Assembly (NCBI GenBank): GCA_022572355.1
Contig: JACZWC010000014.1
Location: 7,604 to 71,603, forward strand
Direction: 5' to 3'
DNA length: 64,000 bases
DNA from: Bacteroidota bacterium
GTDB lineage: Bacteria; Bacteroidota; Bacteroidia; NORP154
Part shown: piece after piece, positions 18,539 to 29,100 of the stretch
Numbering within the stretch: position 1 is the stretch's first letter
Layout of the letters: every line of letters begins with the position of its first letter
The notes under the pieces: model-generated
Seen by the model: only the letters and a program-made list of their open reading frames with translations
Databases searched by the model: none
Told to the model about the DNA's origin: nothing
Position numbers and translations under genes: made by a program

Positions 18539-18742
18539 AATAGTTTGAAGTGTGAGAGCAAGCGAAGCACTACAAACGGTTCTCCTCTATCATTCATCCT
18601 CCCTCTCAAACATTCAAAACGAGACTATGTTTGACTTCAAAAAGCTACTACTTTCAGCCCTTTTTGTATTTTAGGTTTTGAAACGGTTGCAAAAATATCA
18701 TTTCAAATTACCTTAGAAGAGGCTTAGAGGAAATAACAGTCT

Positions 18743-19744
18743 ATGTATAAGTCTAAAATAATCGGAACAGGACACTATGTACCAGATCGCATTGTTACCA
18801 ATAGCGATTTGGAAGAAATGATGGACACCACTGATGAGTGGATCGTTGAGAGAACAGGGGTGCAGGAAAGAAGATGGTTTGAAGCGGGAAAGGATACCGT
18901 GTCAAACATGGGCACCAGAGCAGCACAACGTGCGTTAGAAAACGCTGGCATAGAGGCAAGTGAACTGGATTTCATCGTTTTTGCTACGCTGAGCCCGGAA
19001 TATTATTTCCCAGGATGTGGCGTGTTAGTTCAGGATCAATTGGATCTGGACACAATCGGTGCCTTAGACGTACGCAATCAATGCAGTGGGTTTATCTACG
19101 GCCTAAGCGTTGCAGATCAGTTTATCAAAACGGGGATGTATAAGACTATTTTGATAATTGGTTCAGAGATCCAGAGCAATATCATGGATAAATCCAGTAA
19201 TGGGAGAGCTATAGCGGTAATCTTTGGTGATGGTGCCGGAGCCGTTGTATTACAAGCGACAGAAGAAGAGAAAGGGATATTGTCTACCCATATGCATTCG
19301 CAGGGCAAATATGCGTCTGAACTTACAGTTAAAGAACCCAGTACACGGCACAAGGAGCAAATTCTTAAAAGGCTAATCGACGGTGCAAAGGCTGATATAT
19401 ATCCTTATATGAACGGAAAGTTCATATTCAAGCATGCTGTAGAGCGTTTCTCTGAGGTAATAAACGAAGCATTGGATCAGAACGGCCTAAAACCCTCTGA
19501 TTTGGATATGCTTATTCCACATCAGGCTAACCTGCGGATCTCTCAATATATTCAGCGCGAATTGGGCCTCGCGGATGATAAGATTTGGAATAATATCCAG
19601 AAATATGGAAATACGACGGGTGCATCTATTCCTATAGCACTGGATGAAGCCCAACGCGCGGGAAAGATAAATGATGATGACCTCGTTTGTCTTGCCTCTT
19701 TCGGAAGTGGATTAACCTGGGCGTCAGCCCTAATACGGTGGTAA
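18743..19744 (+). CDS. fabH: 3-oxoacyl-ACP synthase III (beta-ketoacyl-ACP synthase III)
   Basis: N-terminal IIGTGHYVPDRIVTNSDLE…DEWIVERTGVQERR. Active-site Cys in DVRNQCSGFIYGL, His in IPHQANLRI, Asn in GNTTGASIP. Confidence 0.85.
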   Translation: MYKSKIIGTGHYVPDRIVTNSDLEEMMDTTDEWIVERTGVQERRWFEAGKDTVSNMGTRAAQRALENAGIEASELDFIVFATLSPEYYFPGCGVLVQDQLDLDTIGALDVRNQCSGFIYGLSVADQFIKTGMYKTILIIGSEIQSNIMDKSSNGRAIAVIFGDGAGAVVLQATEEEKGILSTHMHSQGKYASELTVKEPSTRHKEQILKRLIDGAKADIYPYMNGKFIFKHAVERFSEVINEALDQNGLKPSDLDMLIPHQANLRISQYIQRELGLADDKIWNNIQKYGNTTGASIPIALDEAQRAGKINDDDLVCLASFGSGLTWASALIRW

Positions 19745-19771
19745 AAGACGTTATCCTTAGTTTAGTTATCA

Positions 19772-20764
19772 ATGCGGAGAATATCAAACTCAATGAAAAA
19801 TAGACCATTCATCATATTTTATATCCTGGTAGCATATGTTTTTATACAATTTTGCTGGTGGGGATATCATATTGCAGATCTGAACCGTCAGGTGTACGAG
19901 CTCAGCGTTAAACTTGAGAATACCGTGCAATCAGATGCTGTTCACATAGAGGAAACTGTGCAACAGCTGAAAGATAAATTGGTGAAACGCAAATGGATGG
20001 TCATTGGCGAAGGTTCAGTATTTGCATTATTACTGGTCATGGGAGTGTATATTACCCAAAAGGCGTTTAAAAAAGAGGTAGACCTATCCACGCAACAGAA
20101 TAACTTTTTAATGGCAGTTACACATGAACTCAAATCGCCACTGGCCTCCATAAAACTGTACATGCAAACCATGCAGAAACACGACTTGGATGTACAGAAG
20201 AGTGATGAAATGATAGAAAATGTATTAAATGAAACCAATAGATTGACTTCATTGGTTGATAATATTTTGCTATCAGCTCAAATAGAGACGGGCAATTATT
20301 TATTGGTAAAGGAAGAGGTGGACCTGTCAAAATTGATAAACGATCTACTTGATAATCTTGCATTATTTCCGCACAAGGAGAAAATTAACATTCACAGAAA
20401 CATTGGGCCAGACATCAAATTGAATGCTGATATCAACGCAATGAATTCGGTTTTTATAAACCTGATCGATAATGCTGTTAAATATTCAGATGACCCATCA
20501 AATATCTCAGTTGAACTTACCACAAACAATTCAAACGTAATACTGATGGTAAAAGATGAGGGCCAGGGTATTAGTGATGCTGAGAAATCCAAAGTATTCG
20601 ATAAATTTTATCGGCAGGAAAATGAATCCACCAGGAAATCGCAAGGAACAGGGCTGGGGCTTTACATTTTAAAATATCTTGTTGAGCAGCACAATGGTAC
20701 GATTAGCTTGAGAGACAATGAACCAAAAGGAAGTATCTTTGAGATCATTTTTAAGTCCTCATAA
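19772..20764 (+). CDS. Sensor histidine kinase (HisKA + HATPase_c), membrane-anchored; no adjacent response regulator
   Basis: TM helices at the N-terminus. H-box LMAVTHELKSPLASI, N-box INLIDNAVKYS, G-boxes VKDEGQGI and GTGLGLYILK. Confidence 0.8.
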   Translation: MRRISNSMKNRPFIIFYILVAYVFIQFCWWGYHIADLNRQVYELSVKLENTVQSDAVHIEETVQQLKDKLVKRKWMVIGEGSVFALLLVMGVYITQKAFKKEVDLSTQQNNFLMAVTHELKSPLASIKLYMQTMQKHDLDVQKSDEMIENVLNETNRLTSLVDNILLSAQIETGNYLLVKEEVDLSKLINDLLDNLALFPHKEKINIHRNIGPDIKLNADINAMNSVFINLIDNAVKYSDDPSNISVELTTNNSNVILMVKDEGQGISDAEKSKVFDKFYRQENESTRKSQGTGLGLYILKYLVEQHNGTISLRDNEPKGSIFEIIFKSS

Positions 20765-20773
20765 TATTTCAAG

Positions 20774-22300
20774 TTGAGCAACAGAACGGTTCTTATTATT
20801 CTCGATGGTTGGGGTCACGGTGATGGCTCAAAGTCTGATGCCATATCTTGTGCCAACACACCATTCATCGATAGCCTTCATCAGCAATACCCCAATTCGG
20901 AACTATTAACGGACGGAGCTAATGTTGGCCTGCCTGATGGACAAATGGGAAACTCCGAAGTGGGCCATTTAAATATTGGTGCAGGGAGAATTGTCTTCCA
21001 GGATCTTTTGAGAATTAACAATGCCATCGCCGATGGTTCGTTTGAATCGAACGCATTGATCTTGGATGCACTTAACAAGGCCAAAGAGTCAAATACAAAA
21101 GTACATCTCTTGGGATTGTTATCTGATGGCGGTATTCACTCCTCTCAGCAACATCTGCATAAATTAACTGAAATGGCAAATAAGATCGGCCTTTCAGAAG
21201 TTTTTATTCATGTCATCACGGATGGCCGCGATACAGACCCGAAAAGTGGAGCAGGTTATATCAGTAAGTTGAAAGAACACATTTCGGGAACTTCAATAAA
21301 AATTGCCTCTGTCGTTGGCAGATACTATGCAATGGATCGGGATAGAAGGTGGGAGCGAATTAAAACGGCATATGATCTTTATGTAAATGGAATTGGTAGC
21401 CCGACTGAATCTGCAGAGAATGCTGTAAAAGAGTCTTATGAAAAAGGGATTACAGATGAGTTCATCAAACCTGTAGTGGTGCAAAATGGTGGGAAAGCTA
21501 TAGCATCCATTGAAGAAGGCGATGTGGTTATTTGCTTCAATTTTCGAACGGATCGCTGCAGGGAAATTACCACTGCACTTACCCAAAAGGAATTTCCCGA
21601 TCATGCCATGATTCCTCTGAAACTTAGGTATCTGACAATGACCAATTATGATAATAGCTTTCAAGGAGTGGAGCCGATCTATGAAAAAGAAAATTTATCG
21701 ATGACCATAGGCGAAGTGCTGGCCAATGCGGGAAAGACGCAACTTCGAATTTCTGAAACAGAAAAATATCCTCACGTCACCTACTTTTTTTCAGGCGGAA
21801 GAGAGGAAAAGTTTGAAGGGGAAACCAGGCTGATGCTCCCCTCACCCAAAGTTGCAACTTATGATCTTCAACCTGAGATGAGTGCCGGAGAGGTTACCGT
21901 GGCTATGGTTGAGGAAATCAAGAAGAAAGACAAGGACTTCATATGTCTGAATTTTGCCAACCCCGACATGGTTGGGCATACAGGTGTTTTTGAGGCAATT
22001 ATAACCGCCTTGGAAACCATTGATGAATGCACAAGGAAAGTGGTTGAGGCAGGCCTGGAGAATGGCTATAAATTCTTGATAATTGCTGATCACGGAAACC
22101 CTGATTATTGCATGAACGATGATGGGTCACCGAATACTGCTCACAGCAAAAACCCTGTACCTTGCATAATTATTGATGATTCTTTACCCTCCGATGTGAC
22201 CATGAAAAACGGTATTTTGGCCGATGTGGCACCTACCATATTAAACATGATGGGTATAGATATTCCTGATGAGATGACGGGAAAGGTGCTGGCAGGCTAA
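20774..22300 (+). CDS. gpmI: 2,3-bisphosphoglycerate-independent phosphoglycerate mutase
   Basis: VLIILDGWGHG…, NSEVGHLNIGAGR, …ADHGN… motifs. About 508 aa, typical iPGM. Confidence 0.9.
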   Translation: MSNRTVLIILDGWGHGDGSKSDAISCANTPFIDSLHQQYPNSELLTDGANVGLPDGQMGNSEVGHLNIGAGRIVFQDLLRINNAIADGSFESNALILDALNKAKESNTKVHLLGLLSDGGIHSSQQHLHKLTEMANKIGLSEVFIHVITDGRDTDPKSGAGYISKLKEHISGTSIKIASVVGRYYAMDRDRRWERIKTAYDLYVNGIGSPTESAENAVKESYEKGITDEFIKPVVVQNGGKAIASIEEGDVVICFNFRTDRCREITTALTQKEFPDHAMIPLKLRYLTMTNYDNSFQGVEPIYEKENLSMTIGEVLANAGKTQLRISETEKYPHVTYFFSGGREEKFEGETRLMLPSPKVATYDLQPEMSAGEVTVAMVEEIKKKDKDFICLNFANPDMVGHTGVFEAIITALETIDECTRKVVEAGLENGYKFLIIADHGNPDYCMNDDGSPNTAHSKNPVPCIIIDDSLPSDVTMKNGILADVAPTILNMMGIDIPDEMTGKVLAG

Positions 22301-22310
22301 TGGAGAAATA

Positions 22311-25300
22311 TTAATCGATGAGTACTATCTTTCCGATATACTTGTGTGGATAGTCTAGAAAATCGGTCGTTTCAAATACTACAATATACACCTCTTGTTG
22401 TGACATCTTTTTGCCGCCGTTACTACGGCCATCCCATCCTTCATACCTGTCTTTCGTCTTGAATATCAAATCGCCCCATCGATTGTAGATGAACATCTCA
22501 TAATCTTTGATTCCACCGCCTGTGCCAAAAAAGAGCTCGTTCATTCCATCTCCATTTGGAGTGAAGGAATTGGGAAAGTGAAAGGTGTATTCGCAATCAA
22601 TATCAATGGTAACACTATCATATGCAACTGAAGTGCCGCAAGAATCATAAACCGTCACCAGATATGTCGTTGGCACCATGGGTTTTGTAACCACAATTTG
22701 TCCGGATCCTGCACCAGCGCTCCAATTGTAGGTAAGTGGCCCCATCCCTCCACGTGCGGTAGCATTCATATAAACCTGCCAGTTGCACACGGTTGTGTCT
22801 CCCCATACTGAAAGTGTAATTGGATCAACGTCGTTAATGAGCAGCGAAGCGTTGAATACATGTGGGCAAGTCGTGTCAGTGGTTGACGGAATGATGATAA
22901 TATCAACTGTTTCCGGCCCTTCGGCTGTGCTGTCGTAAATAGGTTCGATTTCCAAAGTGGCGGTTGTGGATCCAGCGGGAATGATAATGCTATCGAAAAT
23001 TTGCACATAGTCTGTTACATTGACCGCTGTTCCCCCAACTGAAAAGTAAATTACATAATCATTATTTAGCGGAACGGGAAGCGAAAACTCAAAGCTACTG
23101 TTTTTACAACCCTCGTAGGCATTCGCTTTAACCGTAACAACCGACCCAAGTGGGTCTCTGACATCTACGGTAACAGGGTTTAGTATGAAGAAATTACTGC
23201 AGGTATCGGATACTTGTACAGAGTAAATTGTAGTTTGAGTAGGCGAAACGCTGATGGTTGAGGTAGTTTCCCCGGTACTCCAGCTATACGCGAGCATTCC
23301 GTTGCCACCGGTAGCTTGAGCTACCAATGTCGCAGTTTCTCCAGGGCAGATGATTTCATCCGCAGCCGTCACATCAACAGGATCAATATTCTTAATAAAA
23401 ATCGTTGCCTGGTAGGGTGCGTTATAGCACAAACTGTCAATACTATCACGCGGGAGCGTAATTGTAATGGTTTCATCACCTTCCGATATCCCATCCTGAA
23501 AGGAAGTTATTGAAATAGTTGTCGAGAGCTGCCCGGCATCAATCACAACACTGTCTGCAATTGTAGTGAAGTCTACTCCATTGGTTGCCGAACCGGATAT
23601 TGTAAATATAACAACCGTAGGGTTTGTACTGGTTTCATTGATGGATATGATAAATACACCCTCTCTGCAGCCTTCATAGGCAGTATCGCCAACCGCCAGA
23701 ATTTGCGAAGGCGGATCTGTTGTTGTAACGAGCACCTGGTCAATTGCTATTGCATTACCACAGGTGTCGGAAACTGTGACCGTGTACAATGTTGTATTTG
23801 CGGGTGTCACTGTAACCAACTGATCAGTGCCAATTACTGAGGTGCCGTCATCCCACTCATAGGTCAAACCGGCACCACCAGAGCCAAATGCATATAGGTC
23901 GGCGCTTGCACCTCCGCACACTACGGTATCAGGTGAAGCAACTACTTCCAGTGGATCCACATTCATGATGAACAAGCTCGATGTGAGTGCCGGGCTGGAG
24001 CAAAGCCCCGTTGTATCAGGAATAGTGGTTATGATAACCTGTTCAGTTCCTTCGCTTAATGTATCTGCAAATGGGAATATTGTCAGATCTACCGACGACT
24101 GGCCCGCCGGAATAACAATGCTATCAAGTATGAATGTATAATCCACTCCATTGGTTGCACTACCGCTGATGATAAAGTAAACTGTATAGCTGTTCGCGGT
24201 AGAGCCTATTCTGGTAAATATAAAAGTGGCGTTGCTGCACCCCTCGATAGAAACCAATGTATTCCCGGTTTCCAGGATGAGTCCTCCAACACTTACAACA
24301 ACTTGTTCCGTAAGCACATTGGTGCCACAATTGTCAGTTACCGTTACAGTGTATGTTGTGGTTTGTGATGGGCTGGCTGTGGGGTTCGGGCACGTAGCAC
24401 AGCTGAGACCAGTAGTTGGAGACCAGGAGTAAGTGTAGGGCCCAATTCCCCCTATAACGGATGTTGTTATTGTATATACATTTCCAGGACAAATAACGGT
24501 GTCATTGGATACCGTTAACTCCAGCGGATCTGTATTTATGATAGTTACTGTTGCAATAGAAGGTACATCATCGAGGCATGTGTTGTTGGTTAGGTTCGCA
24601 GGAATAGTAATGATAATCGTCTCCACACCTTCTGGAATCCCATCCAAAAACGCACCGATGTTGAATGTGACTTGGGAAAAACCAACTGGAATGACAATTG
24701 TTCCGGGTAATAAAGTGTAATCAACTCCATTGGTCGCAGTTCCGGTAATAACATAATTGATAGTTAGTGGATCGATAGTAGCTCCTGCACGCGTAAATAT
24801 GAGCAATAGTGAATCACATCCTTCTACAAGCGTAGCAGTGGAAGAACCAACTGACCCAACTTCTACCTGAATTCCAATGGCTCCGAAACTGGCAGCTTCC
24901 AAAAATACGCCGGAGTCATAGATGCCATCGCCTGCATCTGCAACGGCCATTTTCAAATGATAAGTTGTACAGGGTACCAAATCCATTTCGGCCGTGAGAA
25001 TCGTGGTAAATCCATCGTATTGCACAGATTGCCCTCCTAGTGCTTCATTGTCTACATAAAAGGCTGTATTTGTCAAGTTATCGTTAGGGCAGTAGGTGGA
25101 TGAGCCACCGGCTGATCCGAGAGTGCCATTATTAACCGTATTGATTCCAACTGGTAATGATTTACCAGGTACCAATGCAATGTTAACTCCATTATACATT
25201 CCACCTGCCGGGTTGGGGCCCCAGATGAAAAATCCAAAAACATCATTGAATTGGGTGCAAACAAATTCGTTGTACTCTTCCGAGGCGAATACATACCGGA

Positions 25301-25757
25301 AACTGATGCCGTCAGTAACAGTTTCAAAATCGAATTCCAGCACCGCCGCATTGTAGGTGGAGGTTGGTTGGTTTATGCTGGCCAGAATGTCCAGGTCAGG
25401 GTCTCCTGGAGTCATGTTATCAATGCCATCACTGCCTGAGTCATTGGGGCCTGGCGCATCGTTGATATTTCCGGTATTGATGATAACCCCGGCAGAAATA
25501 CCAATATTTGAACCGCTACCGTTGAAGTAGCCAATCATATCTGCATCGGCACCAGTTGGCAAGACGGTTGATCCATTGAATGTCACATTCGTAACCACGA
25601 GTCCAAATCCCAACAGGACTTGTTCCACCAGATAAACGGGATCATTATATGGAGGCGCATTGTCGACGGCAAGTTGCGCCAAGGAACTTTTTGGCGACAG
25701 CCCAAGGCAAATGAACAATGAAGCACAGGTAACAATATGTCTAACAGTAATTGACAT
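22311..25757 (-). CDS. Large secreted adhesin-like protein: choice-of-anchor-L-like N-terminus, Calx-beta-like and Ig/PKD-like repeats, T9SS type B (gliding-motility-associated) C-terminal domain
   Basis: Signal peptide; repeated …SGSATNGVDYT…IVIPAG… Calx-beta-like units. C-terminus YTFHFPNSFTPNGDGMNELFF…FIYNRWGDLIFKTKDRYEGWDG…YIGKIVLID is the type B CTD. Confidence 0.75.
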   Translation of the reverse strand: MSITVRHIVTCASLFICLGLSPKSSLAQLAVDNAPPYNDPVYLVEQVLLGFGLVVTNVTFNGSTVLPTGADADMIGYFNGSGSNIGISAGVIINTGNINDAPGPNDSGSDGIDNMTPGDPDLDILASINQPTSTYNAAVLEFDFETVTDGISFRYVFASEEYNEFVCTQFNDVFGFFIWGPNPAGGMYNGVNIALVPGKSLPVGINTVNNGTLGSAGGSSTYCPNDNLTNTAFYVDNEALGGQSVQYDGFTTILTAEMDLVPCTTYHLKMAVADAGDGIYDSGVFLEAASFGAIGIQVEVGSVGSSTATLVEGCDSLLLIFTRAGATIDPLTINYVITGTATNGVDYTLLPGTIVIPVGFSQVTFNIGAFLDGIPEGVETIIITIPANLTNNTCLDDVPSIATVTIINTDPLELTVSNDTVICPGNVYTITTSVIGGIGPYTYSWSPTTGLSCATCPNPTASPSQTTTYTVTVTDNCGTNVLTEQVVVSVGGLILETGNTLVSIEGCSNATFIFTRIGSTANSYTVYFIISGSATNGVDYTFILDSIVIPAGQSSVDLTIFPFADTLSEGTEQVIITTIPDTTGLCSSPALTSSLFIMNVDPLEVVASPDTVVCGGASADLYAFGSGGAGLTYEWDDGTSVIGTDQLVTVTPANTTLYTVTVSDTCGNAIAIDQVLVTTTDPPSQILAVGDTAYEGCREGVFIISINETSTNPTVVIFTISGSATNGVDFTTIADSVVIDAGQLSTTISITSFQDGISEGDETITITLPRDSIDSLCYNAPYQATIFIKNIDPVDVTAADEIICPGETATLVAQATGGNGMLAYSWSTGETTSTISVSPTQTTIYSVQVSDTCSNFFILNPVTVDVRDPLGSVVTVKANAYEGCKNSSFEFSLPVPLNNDYVIYFSVGGTAVNVTDYVQIFDSIIIPAGSTTATLEIEPIYDSTAEGPETVDIIIIPSTTDTTCPHVFNASLLINDVDPITLSVWGDTTVCNWQVYMNATARGGMGPLTYNWSAGAGSGQIVVTKPMVPTTYLVTVYDSCGTSVAYDSVTIDIDCEYTFHFPNSFTPNGDGMNELFFGTGGGIKDYEMFIYNRWGDLIFKTKDRYEGWDGRSNGGKKMSQQEVYIVVFETTDFLDYPHKYIGKIVLID

Positions 25758-25898
25758 CTCTTAACTCAACTATTTTAGCAGTTATACTGATTCGTTCTCT
25801 ATCATATACCGTATACGCTAAATACTGGTGTATGTTATCATACTTAAATAACTAACTAAATTACAAAATATATATAGGAAAGGACGACGAAAAATGCT

Positions 25899-26177
25899 GG
25901 GGGTTGCTTCGACAACAGCAAGAGTGTGAGTAGCGAGCAAAAGTAAAAGCAATTCTCTCTAAACTCACACTCCAACTCTAACTGTTGAGTTGGGGGTTGC
26001 TTCGACAACAGCAAGAGTGTGAGTAGGGAGCAAGAGTAAAAGCAATTCTCTCTAAACTCACACTCCAACTCTAACTGTTGAGTTGGGGGTTGCTTCGATT
26101 GCAGCAAGAGTGTGAGTAGGGAGCAAGAGTAAAAGCAATTCTCTCTAAACTCACACTCCAACTCTAACTGTTGAGTT
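25899..26177. repeat. Tandem direct repeat, 3 x 93 bp, each unit with internal inverted repeats (hairpin-forming)
   Basis: The unit GGGGGTTGCTTCGACAACAGCAAGAGTGTGAGTAGCGAGCAAAAGTAAAAGCAATTCTCTCTAAACTCACACTCCAACTCTAACTGTTGAGTT repeats head-to-tail three times with a few substitutions. Within each unit GAGTGTGAGT/ACTCACACTC and CAACAG/CTGTTG are inverted repeats. Confidence 0.85.
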
Positions 26178-26198
26178 GCGTAGTTAGATCTTTCCTTT

Positions 26199-29100
26199 CT
26201 ACTCTGTGATTACAACTTTCTTAAGAGAAACAATATTTCCCGCGGAGATAAGATGAATAAAGAACATACCGGTTCCGATTTCATTGGCTTGTAATATAAG
26301 AGTAGTTTGGCTTTTGAAAAGAATGTAGGTTCTCACTTGTCTTCCTGTAATATCATAGATCTGTAGTTGCCTCTTGCTATTTGCCGACTGCCGATTTAGT
26401 TTTACTGTTGCACTACCACTAAATGGGTTTGGATATACTTTGATCAGGTCTTTGTTGGCGATTTCATCTATGCCAAGGCAATACTCCACTGTTACTGATT
26501 GAGAAGCACTGTCTGTACAACCCAAACTATCGGTGTAGGCATAGGTAACTACGTATGAATTAACTCCGGTTGTTGGATAAAAATAATTGTTTGCAACACC
26601 TATTCCACTGAATGTTCCACTATCGGGTACTCCAGTCAATGCCACTGCAGGCGCTGTAGAACAATAGACAGAGTCCAATCCAGTAATGGTAACAACAGGC
26701 AAATCGGCAACTGAAAGACTGGTTGAGTGAATACTATCACAGCCGGCAATGGTTGCAAGACTATCAAAATATGTTCCAGAACTCACTCTATAAACACCAT
26801 AAACTAAGGAACTATCACCAATACATATTGTTAGTGCTGAATCGCTAATGTTGTACGTAGGATTGACTGAAAGGATGGTTGAATGAATACTATCGCATCC
26901 ATTAATTGTTACAAGGCTATCGAAGTAGGTTGCTGCGCTAGTTCTATATGCCCCATATATTAAAGAACTATCATTATCGCATATTGTCATTGCCGAGTCA
27001 CTAATATCGTATGTTGGAGTAACTGATAACACGGTTGAATGAACGCTATCACATCCGTTAACTGAGGTAAAGCTGTCGTAGTAAGTTCCTGCGTTGGTTC
27101 TATACGTTCCGTAAATTAAGGAGCTGTCACTGTTGCAAATTGATATTGCAGAATCGTTGATGTCGAAAGTATTATTAACAGTTAAGATCGTTGAATAAAC
27201 ACTGTCACAGCCATCGACTGTAGTAAGGCTGTCGTAGTATGTTCCACCACTTGTTCTATATGTTCCATATATTAATGAGCTGTCGCCGTTACAAATTATT
27301 AGTGCGGAGTCGTTGATACTGTACTCAGGATTGACTGATAAGACTGTTGAATGAATACTATCACAACCGTCGATAGTTGACAAACTGTCGTAAAATATTC
27401 CCGAAATAGTTCTGTAAATTCCATAAATCAATGCGCTGTCACTTGCACAGATGATAACTGTTGGGTCAGTGATGTTATAATTCGGATTAATCGCAAGTAC
27501 GGTTGTATGAATGCTGTCACATCCATTAATTGCCAAGAGGGTGTCAAAGTATACCCCTGAAGAGTTTTGGTATGCACCTTGCAAGTAAATGCTGTCATCA
27601 GAACAGATGGCCAGCAGCGTCGTATCCAATATTAATAGAGGCTCTATGATTGTGATAGAATCTAACTCAACACAACCTACAGAATCAGTCACCGTGACAT
27701 AGATCGTACCTGGAGCAAGTCCGTTAATGCTGTCTATAGTGTCGCTTGTTGACCAAGCAAAAGTGTATGGGGAAATACCCTCAAATATGATTACTTCCGC
27801 CACCCCATTATTGGCTCCATGACAAGTTATATCTATTTTTGAGACGCTTACATCAAAATCAGGATTGTATTCCCAGAAATCACTAAACGAATTAAAGACG
27901 CCCATACTGCCGGTTCCTATATATCCTTTATCATTGATTGAAAAGCCAACTGCTTTATCCCTTGCCGCTCCTCCCAAATTAGCTTTTTGTTCCCAGTAAT
28001 CTGTAACAGGATCATACTCCCAAAAATCATCTGAATAACTGTTTGGTGGAACAGCCCAACCTACTCCAATATAGCCTCTTTGCTTTATTGCGAATCCTAC
28101 TGCATCAAATCTCACTGCACCACCAAAATCTGATTTTTGTGACCATGAGTCACTCCAAGGGTTATACTCCCAAAAGTCCTTTTGAGGATTTCCATTTCCC
28201 GTATCACCGGTGCCAATGTACCCTCTTTGTTCAATGGCAAATCCCACCGCGCGAAATCTTCCATTTCCACCAAAATCTGTTTTTTGAGTCCATATATTTG
28301 TTAGAGTGTCATATTCCCAAAAATCTTTTACCTCTAATCCAGAGCCGGCTAAACCGGTTCCTATATATCCTTTGGATCCAATTGAAAATCCCACTGCTTG
28401 ACTTCTTGCCGCACCCCCGAAGTTTGCCTTTTGATTCCAGGTATTTGTAGCCGGGTTATATTCCCAGAAATCGTATCTATAACCTCCACCATATCCTGTT
28501 CCAATATATCCTTTGGTGCCAATCGAAAAGCCCACCGCTCCCCATCTTGGCACGCCTCCATAACTTGCTTTTTGCATCCATGTGTCAGACGCCTGATCGT
28601 ATTCCCACAAGTCACTATGACTGTTGCCTAAATCATCACGTCCTGTTCCTATATAACCTTTATTACCGATGGAGAAGCCAGTAGCACCGAATCTTGCAGT
28701 ACCCCCAAAGTCAGCTTTCTGCGTCCATGCGTCACCAATCGGATTACTTATTAATACTGTTGAGTGAATACTGTCGCAACCAGCTGTGGTGCTTGAACTA
28801 TCATAATACGTTGATGCAGAAGTTCTGTATGTGCCGTAAATCAAGATGCTGTCGCCTGTGCATAGCACCACTGCCGAGTCACTAATGTTGTAAGCAGGAT
28901 CAACATTAAGGATAGTTGCATGAAGGCTGTCGCATCCATTAGCTCCAGTTAAAATATCATAATACGTATCAGCGATTTTCCTATAATAGCCACCTAGTAG
29001 AATACTGTCATTTTCACAAATCGTCGAAGTTGAAGTTGTTTGAGGAATAGACTGACATGGAGAGTATTTAGCCATGAATATACTCTGGTCCAAAGTAGTG

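Noticed and set aside
18559-18600. Weak resemblance of GAAGTGTGAGAGCAAGCGAAGCAC to the core of the 93-bp repeat (CAAGAGTGTGAGTAGCGAGCAAAAG)
   Set aside because: Only about 15 of 24 positions match by eye. Not convincing without an alignment statistic.
22298-22313. Only 10 bp between convergent gpmI and the 1148-aa gene stops (no room for terminators)
   Set aside because: This was seen, but no structure or repeat is present there. It is probably just tight packing.
25856-26161. ORF-track 101-aa ORF with internally repeated peptide (ECEFRENCFYSCSLLTLLL…)
   Set aside because: It is simply the translation of the 3 x 93 bp tandem DNA repeat. It has no start context and its periodicity mirrors the DNA repeat, so it is not a gene.
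25899-26177. Possible CRISPR array
   Set aside because: Units are contiguous 93-bp full repeats with no unique spacers between shorter repeats. No cas genes are nearby. It is a tandem repeat, not CRISPR.
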